Shown: positions 37,445-46,378, counted from the stretch's first letter. The stretch is 64,000 nucleotides of DNA from an uncultured bacterium (GCA_963526415.1 CAURNE010000002.1:71501-135500); one strand, 5' to 3'. Translations and numbers: made by a program. The notes: generated from the letters alone by a model not told the origin.

Positions 37445-37678
37445 TTAATCCTCGTTTAAGATGCTATCGATTTTATCTGATTGTGAAATTGATTTTACGG
37501 CATCCATAAGTCCGAATTTATCTTTTTTATCTACAAAATAATCAATTTCTAAACCGTTCTTAAAACGAAGAGTAAGGATCGTAAAGTAATTTCCAGTTTT
37601 TTCAGATTTTTGAGTTCGAAGTGCTACACGGGCAACAGCTGAAATAATATTATCTTGATTTAAAATTTTTTCTTGCAT
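37445..37678 (-). CDS. Small beta-rich protein, candidate inovirus gene-V-like ssDNA-binding protein
   Basis: 77 aa with KSEKTGNYFTILTLRF hairpin motif and acidic tail; AAGGAG RBS; upstream of the coat-like gene. Confidence 0.5.
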   Translation of the reverse strand: MQEKILNQDNIISAVARVALRTQKSEKTGNYFTILTLRFKNGLEIDYFVDKKDKFGLMDAVKSISQSDKIDSILNED

Positions 37679-37703
37679 AGTTATTTTTTCTCCTTAAAAA
37701 AAT

Positions 37704-37755
37704 TATGTTTTCGTATTTACGAAAACATATTAGCATACTCAAAAAAGAAATACAA
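37704..37755 (-). promoter_or_regulatory. Promoter with overlapping perfect 12-bp palindromic operator
   Basis: Minus strand TTGTAT-17bp-TAATAT; TATGTTTTCGTA-tt-TACGAAAACATA at 37704-37729. Confidence 0.6.
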
Positions 37756-37758
37756 GAT

Positions 37759-37786
37759 GTGTCGCACAATATATCTTTTACGACTC
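37759..37786. other. dif-like Xer recombination site
   Basis: GTGTCGCACAA-TATATC-TTTTACGACTC, 11-6-11 layout with partly inverted arms; left arm 7/11 identical to the E. coli XerC arm GGTGCGCATAA; near the gene-orientation switch. Confidence 0.6.
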
Positions 37787-38102
37787 TTTTATATCATATA
37801 AAATAATGAATAGTAAGTAAATTATTTCATGCGAAAAAAATCAATAGTATTTATATAAAAGTATTAGGAGATTAGCTTCAAGACATTAACATACAAAAAA
37901 CTAATAGAGTTAATCATAAACTTTAACAGATAAATAAAACTTGCCGAAATAATTTATTTGTTTTTTAGTTCTAAATATCCCCTATTCTTTTAAAATTTGA
38001 CAATTTGACTTTTTTATTTTTTAATATTATAATATAGTTTTTTTCACTTGCGTTAGTATTCTGTATTCTAAATAGAACAAAAAGCGAACATAACACCCTT
38101 CA

Positions 38103-38981
38103 CTATCTATAATACCCCTTACCTTCGACTCTGAGGTCTATGTAACTTGGAGTTTTTTTGTGTACTGAAAAATAATTTATAGCTGCCTTAAAATTAGAAA
38201 TCTGCCCTTCTGCTGAACCAACAGTTGACATTTTCGCAAAGTATTTAACACCCTTCACCGAAACCTCAATCTGACGCAAACTTAAGGGAGGAATTCGAAT
38301 TTTAACAATTTCTAGTCCCTGAGAATTCGCAGATGAAACCAACTTTCCAACAAAGCTAAAAAAACTACTTCCAGCAACATTTTTTCCACTCGAAACCATA
38401 GCACCGCTATCGTCAATTATGCTCAATTTAGGGTTTTCACTAAACATATTTTCGGTAAATGAAGCACCTTCCGAATCAACAAAAAACTCCTTACCATCAA
38501 CCCACCAAGAGGCTACTGGTTTTCGAAAAGAAAGTTTAAAATTATATGAGGCTATTCCACTCAATTCAACGCTCAAAATTCCAAAAACCTCTGGATTTTC
38601 CTTTTGAATACTCTCAAGAAGGGCGGACTTATTCAAATTTAAAGAAAACCTCTCACTCGGGTTCGCCTCTAAATACTTCTCTACCGATTTTTCATATTTT
38701 TTGAAATTCTTTTTCGAAGAAATATCTGAACTTACTGTAATTTTAGCTATAAATTGAAGTAAAAATACAAATACAAGAATTGAAAAAATAGCAAGCCCCA
38801 AGAAAAATGCACCCAATTTACGCCGGCGAATTACAAGTTTTCGATTTTTCGAAAGTTCAGACTGCTCTTTTTGATGACTCGAAATTGTTCGGCCACGATA
38901 AAAAGAGCTTTCACCGCCTGATCGCTCTTGAAGCATTTTTTCACGCATCTCTCGGCGTGTTAACTCTCGCTCACTTTTCAT
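38103..38981 (-). CDS. ftsQ: Cell division protein FtsQ/DivIB-like
   Basis: Basic N-terminus, one TM, C-terminal YIDLRVEGKGYYR; last gene of the dcw cluster. Confidence 0.75.
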   Translation of the reverse strand: MKSERELTRREMREKMLQERSGGESSFYRGRTISSHQKEQSELSKNRKLVIRRRKLGAFFLGLAIFSILVFVFLLQFIAKITVSSDISSKKNFKKYEKSVEKYLEANPSERFSLNLNKSALLESIQKENPEVFGILSVELSGIASYNFKLSFRKPVASWWVDGKEFFVDSEGASFTENMFSENPKLSIIDDSGAMVSSGKNVAGSSFFSFVGKLVSSANSQGLEIVKIRIPPLSLRQIEVSVKGVKYFAKMSTVGSAEGQISNFKAAINYFSVHKKTPSYIDLRVEGKGYYR

Positions 38982-39013
38982 CTTACTCAATTATATCATA
39001 ACTCTTATGTTTT

Positions 39014-40171
39014 TTACAAATTAGCCAGGTCCAAAATCATATCCGCAACATCTTTGGCGGCGTTCGGTTTGGCAAATTTTCCAAATTCTTCACCCATTCT
39101 TTTTAGCTCTTTTTCGCTACTTAAAACCTGAATGATTTCATCTGAAAGCATCTTCGGATCAGTTTCAATTTCGTCATCAGAAACTATTTTAACAGCATTT
39201 GTTTTTTCGTAAACTTTTGCGTTTTTTAGCTGATGGCCGCCAGTTAATCTTGCATTTGGAACTAAAATTGTCGGCTTGTGAAGTGCAGCAAGTTCAAGAT
39301 TTGAAGTCGCACCAGCGCGCGCAACAACCAGATCAGCGGAAGCCAAAAATTTCCACATATCTTTCGAAATAAAGCTAACCAAATGAAAATCTTTTACAAA
39401 ATCTTTCGTTTTCTCTTTCAACTCTTCAAATTGCGCAACGCCAGAAATTAGAACAACTTGTGCAATTTTCGAAAGCTCCTCTCCTTGCGCTACAATCGCA
39501 TTATTTAGACGAGCAGCACCAAGTCCGCCACCAGTAATCACAATTAAAGGCTTCTCTTTCGAAAATCCAAGCTCTTGTTTAAATTCATTACGCTCTTTTT
39601 CAGTGTATTTTTTGAAATTTTCAAGTACTGGAATTCCAACATATTTTGAAATCTCTTTCGGATAATTATAGAATTCAAGAGGTGCGCCAGTTGCGATTTT
39701 TTTAGCAAATTTCGAAATAATACGATTTGCCAACCCTGGATGAGCATCAGAATCATGAATTACAATCGGGATTCGCAAAACCCAAGCACTTAATCCTACA
39801 GGAACACAAACAAACCCACCTTTACAAAAAATCACATCTGGTCGCAAAAAAATTAATTTCACGAAAGACTGAAAAACACCAGTGATATTTCGAAAAATAT
39901 CCGCGAGATTACCAAAAACAACACTTGGAATTGTCAGATGCTGAAAAAAAGTTAGATGATTGTAGCGGCGAAATTTTCCGCTCGAGATTTTAGAAATCTT
40001 AACATTTCGGCCAAAAGAATCATTCATTATTTTTTGAGCTTGTGGCGCAAATTTTTTATCACACCAAAAATACAATTTTACGTCTAGATCTTTCTTTAAG
40101 ATCTCTTTAAAAACTGCCACGATTGGAACTACGTGACCGCCCGACCCGCCGCCGACCGCTAATATTTTCAT
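39014..40171 (-). CDS. murG: UDP-GlcNAc:lipid I transferase MurG
   Basis: GGGSGGHVVP, KGGFVCVP, HDSDAHPGLAN, RAGATS..E, HQ.KNA; start reset to 40171 (AAGGAGG RBS). Confidence 0.97.
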   Translation of the reverse strand: MKILAVGGGSGGHVVPIVAVFKEILKKDLDVKLYFWCDKKFAPQAQKIMNDSFGRNVKISKISSGKFRRYNHLTFFQHLTIPSVVFGNLADIFRNITGVFQSFVKLIFLRPDVIFCKGGFVCVPVGLSAWVLRIPIVIHDSDAHPGLANRIISKFAKKIATGAPLEFYNYPKEISKYVGIPVLENFKKYTEKERNEFKQELGFSKEKPLIVITGGGLGAARLNNAIVAQGEELSKIAQVVLISGVAQFEELKEKTKDFVKDFHLVSFISKDMWKFLASADLVVARAGATSNLELAALHKPTILVPNARLTGGHQLKNAKVYEKTNAVKIVSDDEIETDPKMLSDEIIQVLSSEKELKRMGEEFGKFAKPNAAKDVADMILDLANL

Positions 40172-41684
40172 TGTCGTCCTCCTTAAAATCTTCAACTTGC
40201 GAAAACGAAGTGTAGTTCGAAATGTTGAAAACTACACCCAAAACTGTCATAATTACGATTATACTTGTACCACCATACGAAATTAGCGGGATCGTAATCC
40301 CTTTCAGTGGCACTAAACCAACCATTGCGGCAATATTGATAATCGTTTGTGAAGTTATCCAGCCAGTAACGCCAGCAACAAAAAGCCGACTTGCCGGATT
40401 TTCCATTTTCGAAATAATCACCAAAAGCTGATAAATTAATCCGAAATATAATGCCAAAATCGCAACCAAACCAATAAATCCAAACATTTCACCCATTACC
40501 GCAAAGATTGAATCGTTGATTGTTTCAGGTAGATAGCCAGCCGATTGAACTGAATTTCCAATACCTAAACCTAAAACTCCACCAGAACCGATTGCAAGTT
40601 TCGCGTTACAGATATGATATTGATCTTTTCCAGCTTCAGTTAAAACATTGCTACAATCGCTATTCGAAAAAGTTAAAATTCGCGAAATTCGGTGCGGTTC
40701 GAAAATAATTAATGCAACAACACCTATCAAAACCAAAATAGCAATCGGAATAAGCTTATCAGCTTTCATTCCAGCCACAACAAATTGAAACGCAATCGCA
40801 ACAACAATTGTTGCAGCAGTTCCAAGATCTTTTTGAAAACCAGCAACTACCAACAAAACTGCAACAATCACCACTAATGCTGGCAAAATTGTTTCTTTAT
40901 AGTTGTTAATTTTACCCTTCGAAACCTGCGCTCCAAGAAAAGACGCAAGAAGCAATATTGAGCCAATCTTTAAAAATTCAGCCTGCTGAAAAGTTATTCC
41001 AGAAAAACCAAACCAACGACAAGCTCCGTTTTCACAAATCACTAAAGGAAATTTAAAAATCGCCAAAATTGCTAAACTTACACATAAAATTAACGAAATC
41101 ATAAAAATCTGCAACGATCTTGAAAAAACCCACTTCAGCGGAATTGCCTTCATAAAGAAGAACATCACTAATCCGCCCGCAATGTACGCCAAATGTCGCC
41201 AGAAGAAATAATATTCACTATAATTTAACCCCTTCGCATTATTTAAAGAATTTGCGCGCTGCGGACTCAAAGAAAACATCACTACCAAACCGATCAAAAG
41301 TAAAAGTCCAATAAACAAAAACAAAAGATAATTTGCGCGATGTTTGCGGATTTTTTCGAAACCTTCAAGTGTCGAGCGTTTTTTATTATCCGCCTTAGCA
41401 GTCCGATAAACCCTAACGCAAGGATTAATGATAAAAATCGTAAAAGCCGAAGAAACTAAAAACCAAATTCGCTCTAAAAATCCGTTAAATTGACCATTTA
41501 GAAAGTATTCGAGAACTTTTCGAAAATCATCATTCTCCAAATCTACACCAAAAAATCCTTGCGAAAGTCCTTTTTGAGGCCGAGAAGATCTTCGAACTTG
41601 ATGAGCTAATTCTTGACGACGATAAACCGGCCTTTTATTAAAGCCATCAGCGCTTCTTCGTAAATTACTATTTCTTCTTTCCAT
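40107..41684 (-). CDS. ftsW: SEDS peptidoglycan polymerase FtsW with N-terminal extension
   Basis: GACRW...FQ.AEFLK, QKDLGT, AIGSGG..G.G.GNS, YLPE..NDSIFA..GE, P.ISYGGTS. Confidence 0.93.
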   Translation of the reverse strand: MERRNSNLRRSADGFNKRPVYRRQELAHQVRRSSRPQKGLSQGFFGVDLENDDFRKVLEYFLNGQFNGFLERIWFLVSSAFTIFIINPCVRVYRTAKADNKKRSTLEGFEKIRKHRANYLLFLFIGLLLLIGLVVMFSLSPQRANSLNNAKGLNYSEYYFFWRHLAYIAGGLVMFFFMKAIPLKWVFSRSLQIFMISLILCVSLAILAIFKFPLVICENGACRWFGFSGITFQQAEFLKIGSILLLASFLGAQVSKGKINNYKETILPALVVIVAVLLVVAGFQKDLGTAATIVVAIAFQFVVAGMKADKLIPIAILVLIGVVALIIFEPHRISRILTFSNSDCSNVLTEAGKDQYHICNAKLAIGSGGVLGLGIGNSVQSAGYLPETINDSIFAVMGEMFGFIGLVAILALYFGLIYQLLVIISKMENPASRLFVAGVTGWITSQTIINIAAMVGLVPLKGITIPLISYGGTSIIVIMTVLGVVFNISNYTSFSQVEDFKEDDNENISGRRRVGRSRSSNRGSF

Positions 41685-41685
41685 T

Positions 41686-42711
41686 CTATAAAACCTTATG
41701 CTCAACAAGCGCCAGAATAATTCCAATAAATGCAGTCACCATTCCAATGATCCAAAAACGCATTGTAATTTTTGTCTCTTCCCAGCCAGTTGCTTCAAGA
41801 TGATGATGAATTGGAGCTGAAATAAACACTTTTCGCTTAAAAACTTTTTTTGAAAAAATCTGAATCGCGCTAGAACCAGCTTCAATCACAAAAATTAATC
41901 CAATCACTGGCAAAAGAAGGAGTGAATTTGTAAGCATTGCCACAACGCCGAGAGTTGTTCCCCAGGCAAACGAACCAATATCACCCATAAAGAATCGTGC
42001 AGGATAAACGTTAAACCAAAGATAGGCCAAAAGTGCGCCAAGAACCGTAAAGCAAAACGCCGATAAACTATATTGATTTTGAACTAAAGCAATAATTCCA
42101 AAAGCAGCAAATGCAGCACTCAAAAGTCCGCCAGCAAGACCATCAAGTCCATCAGAGATATTTACAGCATTACTTGTCGCCACAATCGCAAAAATGAAAA
42201 GCGGAACCATCCAATAGCCAATTTCAATATTTCCAACAAAAGGAATCATAACACTTGTAAAATGCAATTTAAACGTAAAAAACCAAGCTAAAAATCCAGC
42301 CAAGGCAATAATCATCGCGAATTTAACTGGTGCTCGAAGACCAGCATCTTTACGGTTCGAACCCCAAATGTTCAAAATATCATCAATTAAGCCGATAAAT
42401 GCACCGCCGGCAAGCCCCGCTAGCGGCAACCAAGTTTGCTCGCGTTTTAAATTCAATAAAACTGAAAGAATAATGACCACAACAACACCAATAACACCCG
42501 CCATCGTTGGAATATTTCTCGCAATTTTTTTCGCGTGAAGCTTACTTACTACGGTTAAAGCTTCACCTGTAACAGACGCCGTTTTTTGCTTTTTCCAAAA
42601 TTTATGTTTATACGCAATAAAGGTATAAAGTGGTGTTAATCCCATTGCCAAAATAAATCCAGCAAGGCTGAAAAGTGCAGAAACGATTAATTGATTTGTA
42701 ATATTTAACAT
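41686..42711 (-). CDS. mraY: Phospho-N-acetylmuramoyl-pentapeptide transferase
   Basis: PTMAG, GLIDD, NAVNISDGLDGLA, FNVYPARFFMGDIGS, APIHHHLE..GW.E. Confidence 0.97.
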   Translation of the reverse strand: MLNITNQLIVSALFSLAGFILAMGLTPLYTFIAYKHKFWKKQKTASVTGEALTVVSKLHAKKIARNIPTMAGVIGVVVVIILSVLLNLKREQTWLPLAGLAGGAFIGLIDDILNIWGSNRKDAGLRAPVKFAMIIALAGFLAWFFTFKLHFTSVMIPFVGNIEIGYWMVPLFIFAIVATSNAVNISDGLDGLAGGLLSAAFAAFGIIALVQNQYSLSAFCFTVLGALLAYLWFNVYPARFFMGDIGSFAWGTTLGVVAMLTNSLLLLPVIGLIFVIEAGSSAIQIFSKKVFKRKVFISAPIHHHLEATGWEETKITMRFWIIGMVTAFIGIILALVEHKVL

Positions 42712-42721
42712 ATTCCCTCTT

Positions 42722-44464
42722 TTAATTTATTGGTTTAACTTCTAAATAATTCAGCAGCCAGTTCGAAATTTCGGTGAAAATTGGTGCCGCATCTTTCGAA
42801 CCTTGAAGGTTTTGGTTTTCACCCCAAACCGCTACCATTATAACATATTCAGCCTCTTCTCCGCCACCAAATCCAACATAACTACCAATCGTTTGATAAT
42901 CGACATATTTTCCGCCAACAATCGTCTGGCTAGTCCCAGTTTTACCACCAATTTGATAGCCTGGTGTATCTTTTGCTCCGCCAACTTTTCGAACTCCTTC
43001 GAGAACCCGTCTCATCTGATTGCTAGTTTCTTTCGAAATTACATTTTTGTGCGCAATTTCTAAATCTTTTTTCGAAAGCTTTCCATCTTCATCAACCATT
43101 CCAGCAACAATGCTTGGTTTATATAAAGTTCCACCATTCACAAGTGAAGAAAAAGCATTCGCGGTTTGAAGCATTGTGGTTGTCATACCTTGGCCGAAAG
43201 TCATATTCGAATATCGAACCGCATTTCCTTCGGCATTTTTTGGCGAAACGATCGAACCTTGGCTTTCGAGAATTTCGATTCCAGTTTCACGCCCAAGACC
43301 AAATCTGTTATAAAAATAATCATAGATTTTATTTCGTGCAGTTGAATTTAGTGTTCCACCACCGAGCAACTGACCAATTGTCACCATTCCGGTGTTTAGC
43401 GAATAATTCATTGCCGTTTGAAGAGTAATCGAGCCTGTGTGCCCTAAAACAGCATTTCGAATCGTAATATCTTCAATTTTTATTGAATCAGTATTATAAT
43501 ATCGTGTGTCAGGATTTGCAACACCCTCATTAATTCCTGTAGCCATTGTGAAGGATTTTATCACCGAACCGTTTTCATACGCCATTGTCGCAGAATTGTT
43601 GTTGAAAAACGTACCGTCTTGAACTTTTCCATAATTCGCTGGATCATAAGTTGGATAATTCGCCATTGCCATAATTTTACCTGTTTTTGGATTCATAACC
43701 AAAACTGAGCCATGTTTCATTTTTTTGGCTTCCATTTGTGATTTTAACACCTTTTCAACTTTTGCTTGAATATTTCGATCAATCGAAAGTGCCACATTTT
43801 GACCATTCACTGCTGGTTTTTCAATATTTTCGCTACCAATTTCGATCGCATTATTAAAAACGTCAGTTGTAATTTTTTTGTATCCATCTGTACCGGTCAA
43901 TTCTTTATTCATTGCCTGTTCGATGCCGTAATTTCCACCATTATCATTCACAAAACCAATAACTTGCGACGCCAAATTTCCCTCAGGATAAACCCTACGA
44001 GTTTCAGCCGTAAAACCAATTCCATGGAACTTTTTCTCGCGAATTTGATTCACTTGTTTTAGTGATAATTTTGTCCCAATAACTTGATATCGAGTATCGG
44101 TTTTTTCGAAAAGTTTTTCGAAATTATCTTTCAAATTTCCACCAGCAACTCTTTTAAATTCTGAAATAATTTCATCTTTTTTGACTTTTTTTGAATTTTC
44201 CACTTCTTGCGGGTCGATCCAAAGAGTATAAACTGTTTCATTCAAAACTAATTTTGTTAGTTTTTTGCCGTCCATTGCGTAAATTAAACCGCGCTGAGAC
44301 TTAATTTCAAACTGCTTTCGCTGGCCTTTATCTGCCTTTGCACGATATTCGTCACCCTCAATAACTTGCAAGAAAAAAAGCCGAACAATAATTACCGCAA
44401 AAATTCCCAAAACTGAGACTGCGAGATAACCTGTTCGACTTTTATTCTTAAAACCTAAAATCAT
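42722..44464 (-). CDS. ftsI: Class B penicillin-binding protein (FtsI-like)
   Basis: TM anchor, RG.I...DG, RRVYP, ENGSVIK (SxxK), SLN (SxN), GGKTGTSQ; dcw position. Confidence 0.92.
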   Translation of the reverse strand: MILGFKNKSRTGYLAVSVLGIFAVIIVRLFFLQVIEGDEYRAKADKGQRKQFEIKSQRGLIYAMDGKKLTKLVLNETVYTLWIDPQEVENSKKVKKDEIISEFKRVAGGNLKDNFEKLFEKTDTRYQVIGTKLSLKQVNQIREKKFHGIGFTAETRRVYPEGNLASQVIGFVNDNGGNYGIEQAMNKELTGTDGYKKITTDVFNNAIEIGSENIEKPAVNGQNVALSIDRNIQAKVEKVLKSQMEAKKMKHGSVLVMNPKTGKIMAMANYPTYDPANYGKVQDGTFFNNNSATMAYENGSVIKSFTMATGINEGVANPDTRYYNTDSIKIEDITIRNAVLGHTGSITLQTAMNYSLNTGMVTIGQLLGGGTLNSTARNKIYDYFYNRFGLGRETGIEILESQGSIVSPKNAEGNAVRYSNMTFGQGMTTTMLQTANAFSSLVNGGTLYKPSIVAGMVDEDGKLSKKDLEIAHKNVISKETSNQMRRVLEGVRKVGGAKDTPGYQIGGKTGTSQTIVGGKYVDYQTIGSYVGFGGGEEAEYVIMVAVWGENQNLQGSKDAAPIFTEISNWLLNYLEVKPIN

Positions 44465-44514
44465 ACTATTTCTATTTTATCACACTTTTTGTGATTTTTC
44501 GAAAAAGCTTAAAC

Positions 44515-44877
44515 TTATTTTGCGTAAGAAACTGAAGCTGGTGTTGTCATCTTCTTCGCAACTTCGCTATTTTCAATATTCGAAAGCGCTGTGAGCCGCG
44601 CATTTTCAACTTCTAAATCAGCTTTTTTAATTTCCAGATCCGATATTTTCGAGTCAATCTCTTGAATATCACTTCCGTAAAGCGCTGGTTTAGATGAATT
44701 CATCAAGAAAATAATTCCAAGAACCGCAATCAAAATACCAAGCATCAAAAATTGCGTTACCGCACCAAGTTTTGCTGTTGGTTGAAAAATAGCGATGTTG
44801 TTATTTCTTCCGTATGAACGCGACGAAGCTTGTGCTTGCCTGCGACGACTAACATAATTTGTGTTTGTTTTATACAT
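44515..44877 (-). CDS. ftsL: Cell division protein FtsL-like
   Basis: One TM followed by a leucine-zipper coiled coil; lies between rsmH and the PBP gene. Confidence 0.7.
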   Translation of the reverse strand: MYKTNTNYVSRRRQAQASSRSYGRNNNIAIFQPTAKLGAVTQFLMLGILIAVLGIIFLMNSSKPALYGSDIQEIDSKISDLEIKKADLEVENARLTALSNIENSEVAKKMTTPASVSYAK

Positions 44878-44916
44878 TGGTTTTTTGTATTGCGTTAAAT
44901 TTAATATTCAATAAAA

Positions 44917-44949
44917 TAAAGCACCGAACCAGTCTTGGCTGGTGCTTTA
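44917..44949 (-). terminator. Terminator/attenuator-like hairpin between rsmH and ftsL
   Basis: Minus strand AAAGCACCAGCCA-AGAC-TGGTTCGGTGCTTT followed by T-rich tail. Confidence 0.6.
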
Positions 44950-45002
44950 AGTTTTAGTTTTTGTTTCAAATTTTTGTTTTTGTTTTTCGAGAGCGTTAAA
45001 TA

Positions 45003-45068
45003 CTATCGAAAATTAACTTTTACGCGAGCTTGTTCGTTAGCGTAGCTTACTTTGATTGTTTTTGGCAT
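45003..45068 (-). CDS. 21-aa small ORF
   Basis: MPKTIKVSYANEQARVKVNFR, preceded by AAGGAGG four bases before ATG, right after the rsmH stop. Confidence 0.55.
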   Translation of the reverse strand: MPKTIKVSYANEQARVKVNFR

Positions 45069-45086
45069 CTCGCCTCCTTTTGTTTT

Positions 45087-45983
45087 TTATTTTCTAATGC
45101 TTACTCGCAGTTTTGCGCTGCGGGCTCGCGGATTATTAACATCTTCTTTTGCGCCATCAAGCGGTTTTTTTGTAATTGTTTGAAATTTCGATTCCAAACC
45201 TTTTTTCGAATCTTCTTTAAAATAATTCTTCACAATTCTATCTTCAAGGCTATGAAAAGTAATTATTCCAACTCTTCCACCAGAATTCAAAAGTTTCGGA
45301 AGCAATTTCAAAACATCCTCAACCTGTTGAAGTTCGTTATTTACTGCGATTCGAATCGCTTGAAAAGTACGCGTTGCGGGGTGTGTCTTTTGCCAACCGC
45401 CTTTATGCACGCTCAAAATTAAATCAGCCAACTGTGTCGTGGTCTCAATACTCTGTTTTTTTCGAACTTCCAAAATTTTCGAAACAATCTTTTCAGCGAA
45501 ACTATGTTTTTCTTCACCAAATTCAGTCAAAATTTGCATTAGTTCATTCTTGCTTGCAAATTTTATAATATCTGCCGCCGTTTTTTGCTGGGCAGGATTC
45601 ATTCGCATATCAAGTGGGCCATCTTTTCGAAAAGAAAATCCCCTTTCAGCAATATCTAACTGAGGCGAAGAAACACCCAAATCCGCTAAGATTATATCGA
45701 ATTTTCGACCTTTCTCTACCAATTCTTTTGCTGCAGAAAGAAAATCCATATGCAAAAGCTCTACGCCTTCATTTTTAAACTGTTGAAGCGTGCGAATCGC
45801 ATTTTCATCTCTATCAACTAAAACCGAGTTTTTGAAATTCTCGGTTATACGCAAAAACTCACCAGCGTGTCCGCCATATCCTGCCGTGAAATCAAGATAA
45901 CTCTCACCTTTCTTTGGCTGAATTTGTAGCAAGCTTGCTTGTAATAAGACTGGTATGTGAACTGATTTTTCTCTGTAATTCAT
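45087..45983 (-). CDS. rsmH: 16S rRNA m4C1402 methyltransferase RsmH (MraW)
   Basis: HIPVLL, D.TAGYGGH, DLGVSSPQLD..ERGFSF..DGPLDMRM, HPATRTFQAIRI.VN.EL, FHSLEDR, NPRARSAKLR. Confidence 0.98.
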   Translation of the reverse strand: MNYREKSVHIPVLLQASLLQIQPKKGESYLDFTAGYGGHAGEFLRITENFKNSVLVDRDENAIRTLQQFKNEGVELLHMDFLSAAKELVEKGRKFDIILADLGVSSPQLDIAERGFSFRKDGPLDMRMNPAQQKTAADIIKFASKNELMQILTEFGEEKHSFAEKIVSKILEVRKKQSIETTTQLADLILSVHKGGWQKTHPATRTFQAIRIAVNNELQQVEDVLKLLPKLLNSGGRVGIITFHSLEDRIVKNYFKEDSKKGLESKFQTITKKPLDGAKEDVNNPRARSAKLRVSIRK

Positions 45984-46301
45984 AAATTTAAAGCCACCTA
46001 ACTGATGATTAAACTTTTTGTTTTTGTTATATTTTTGTTTTAAGATTCATTATAAGTTTAGCTTTTTGCTTGGCGTATAGCCAACCATATTGCTGTTTGA
46101 GAGACTTATATATGAGGTGGAGTTTTATTTTGGGAGGTTTTAGAATGTGCTCCAGCTATTATTTTAACCTGGTTACTGGAATTTGTCCAGCTGTTTAATC
46201 ACCAGATAGTTGACCTTAAACTAAAAACTACATCTATTTTAACGTGCTTTTATTTTTGTTTAGTGGTTTTTCTGTTTGTTTCTGTCGTTGCCACTGATTT
46301 A

Positions 46302-46330
46302 AGTTTACCGCGAATTAAAAATTTTCGCAA
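46302..46330 (-). promoter_or_regulatory. Promoter of the dcw cluster, about 310 nt upstream of rsmH
   Basis: Minus strand TTGCGA-17bp-TAAACT. Confidence 0.55.
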
Positions 46331-46378
46331 GACCTATTTTTGACAAACACGCAAATATAGAACAAAGTTTTTATATAT

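Noticed and set aside
37054..38100. Complete functional prophage
   Set aside because: Only about 1 kb, with no replication initiator, Zot/pI ATPase or second att site visible; 37790-38100 has only short broken frames
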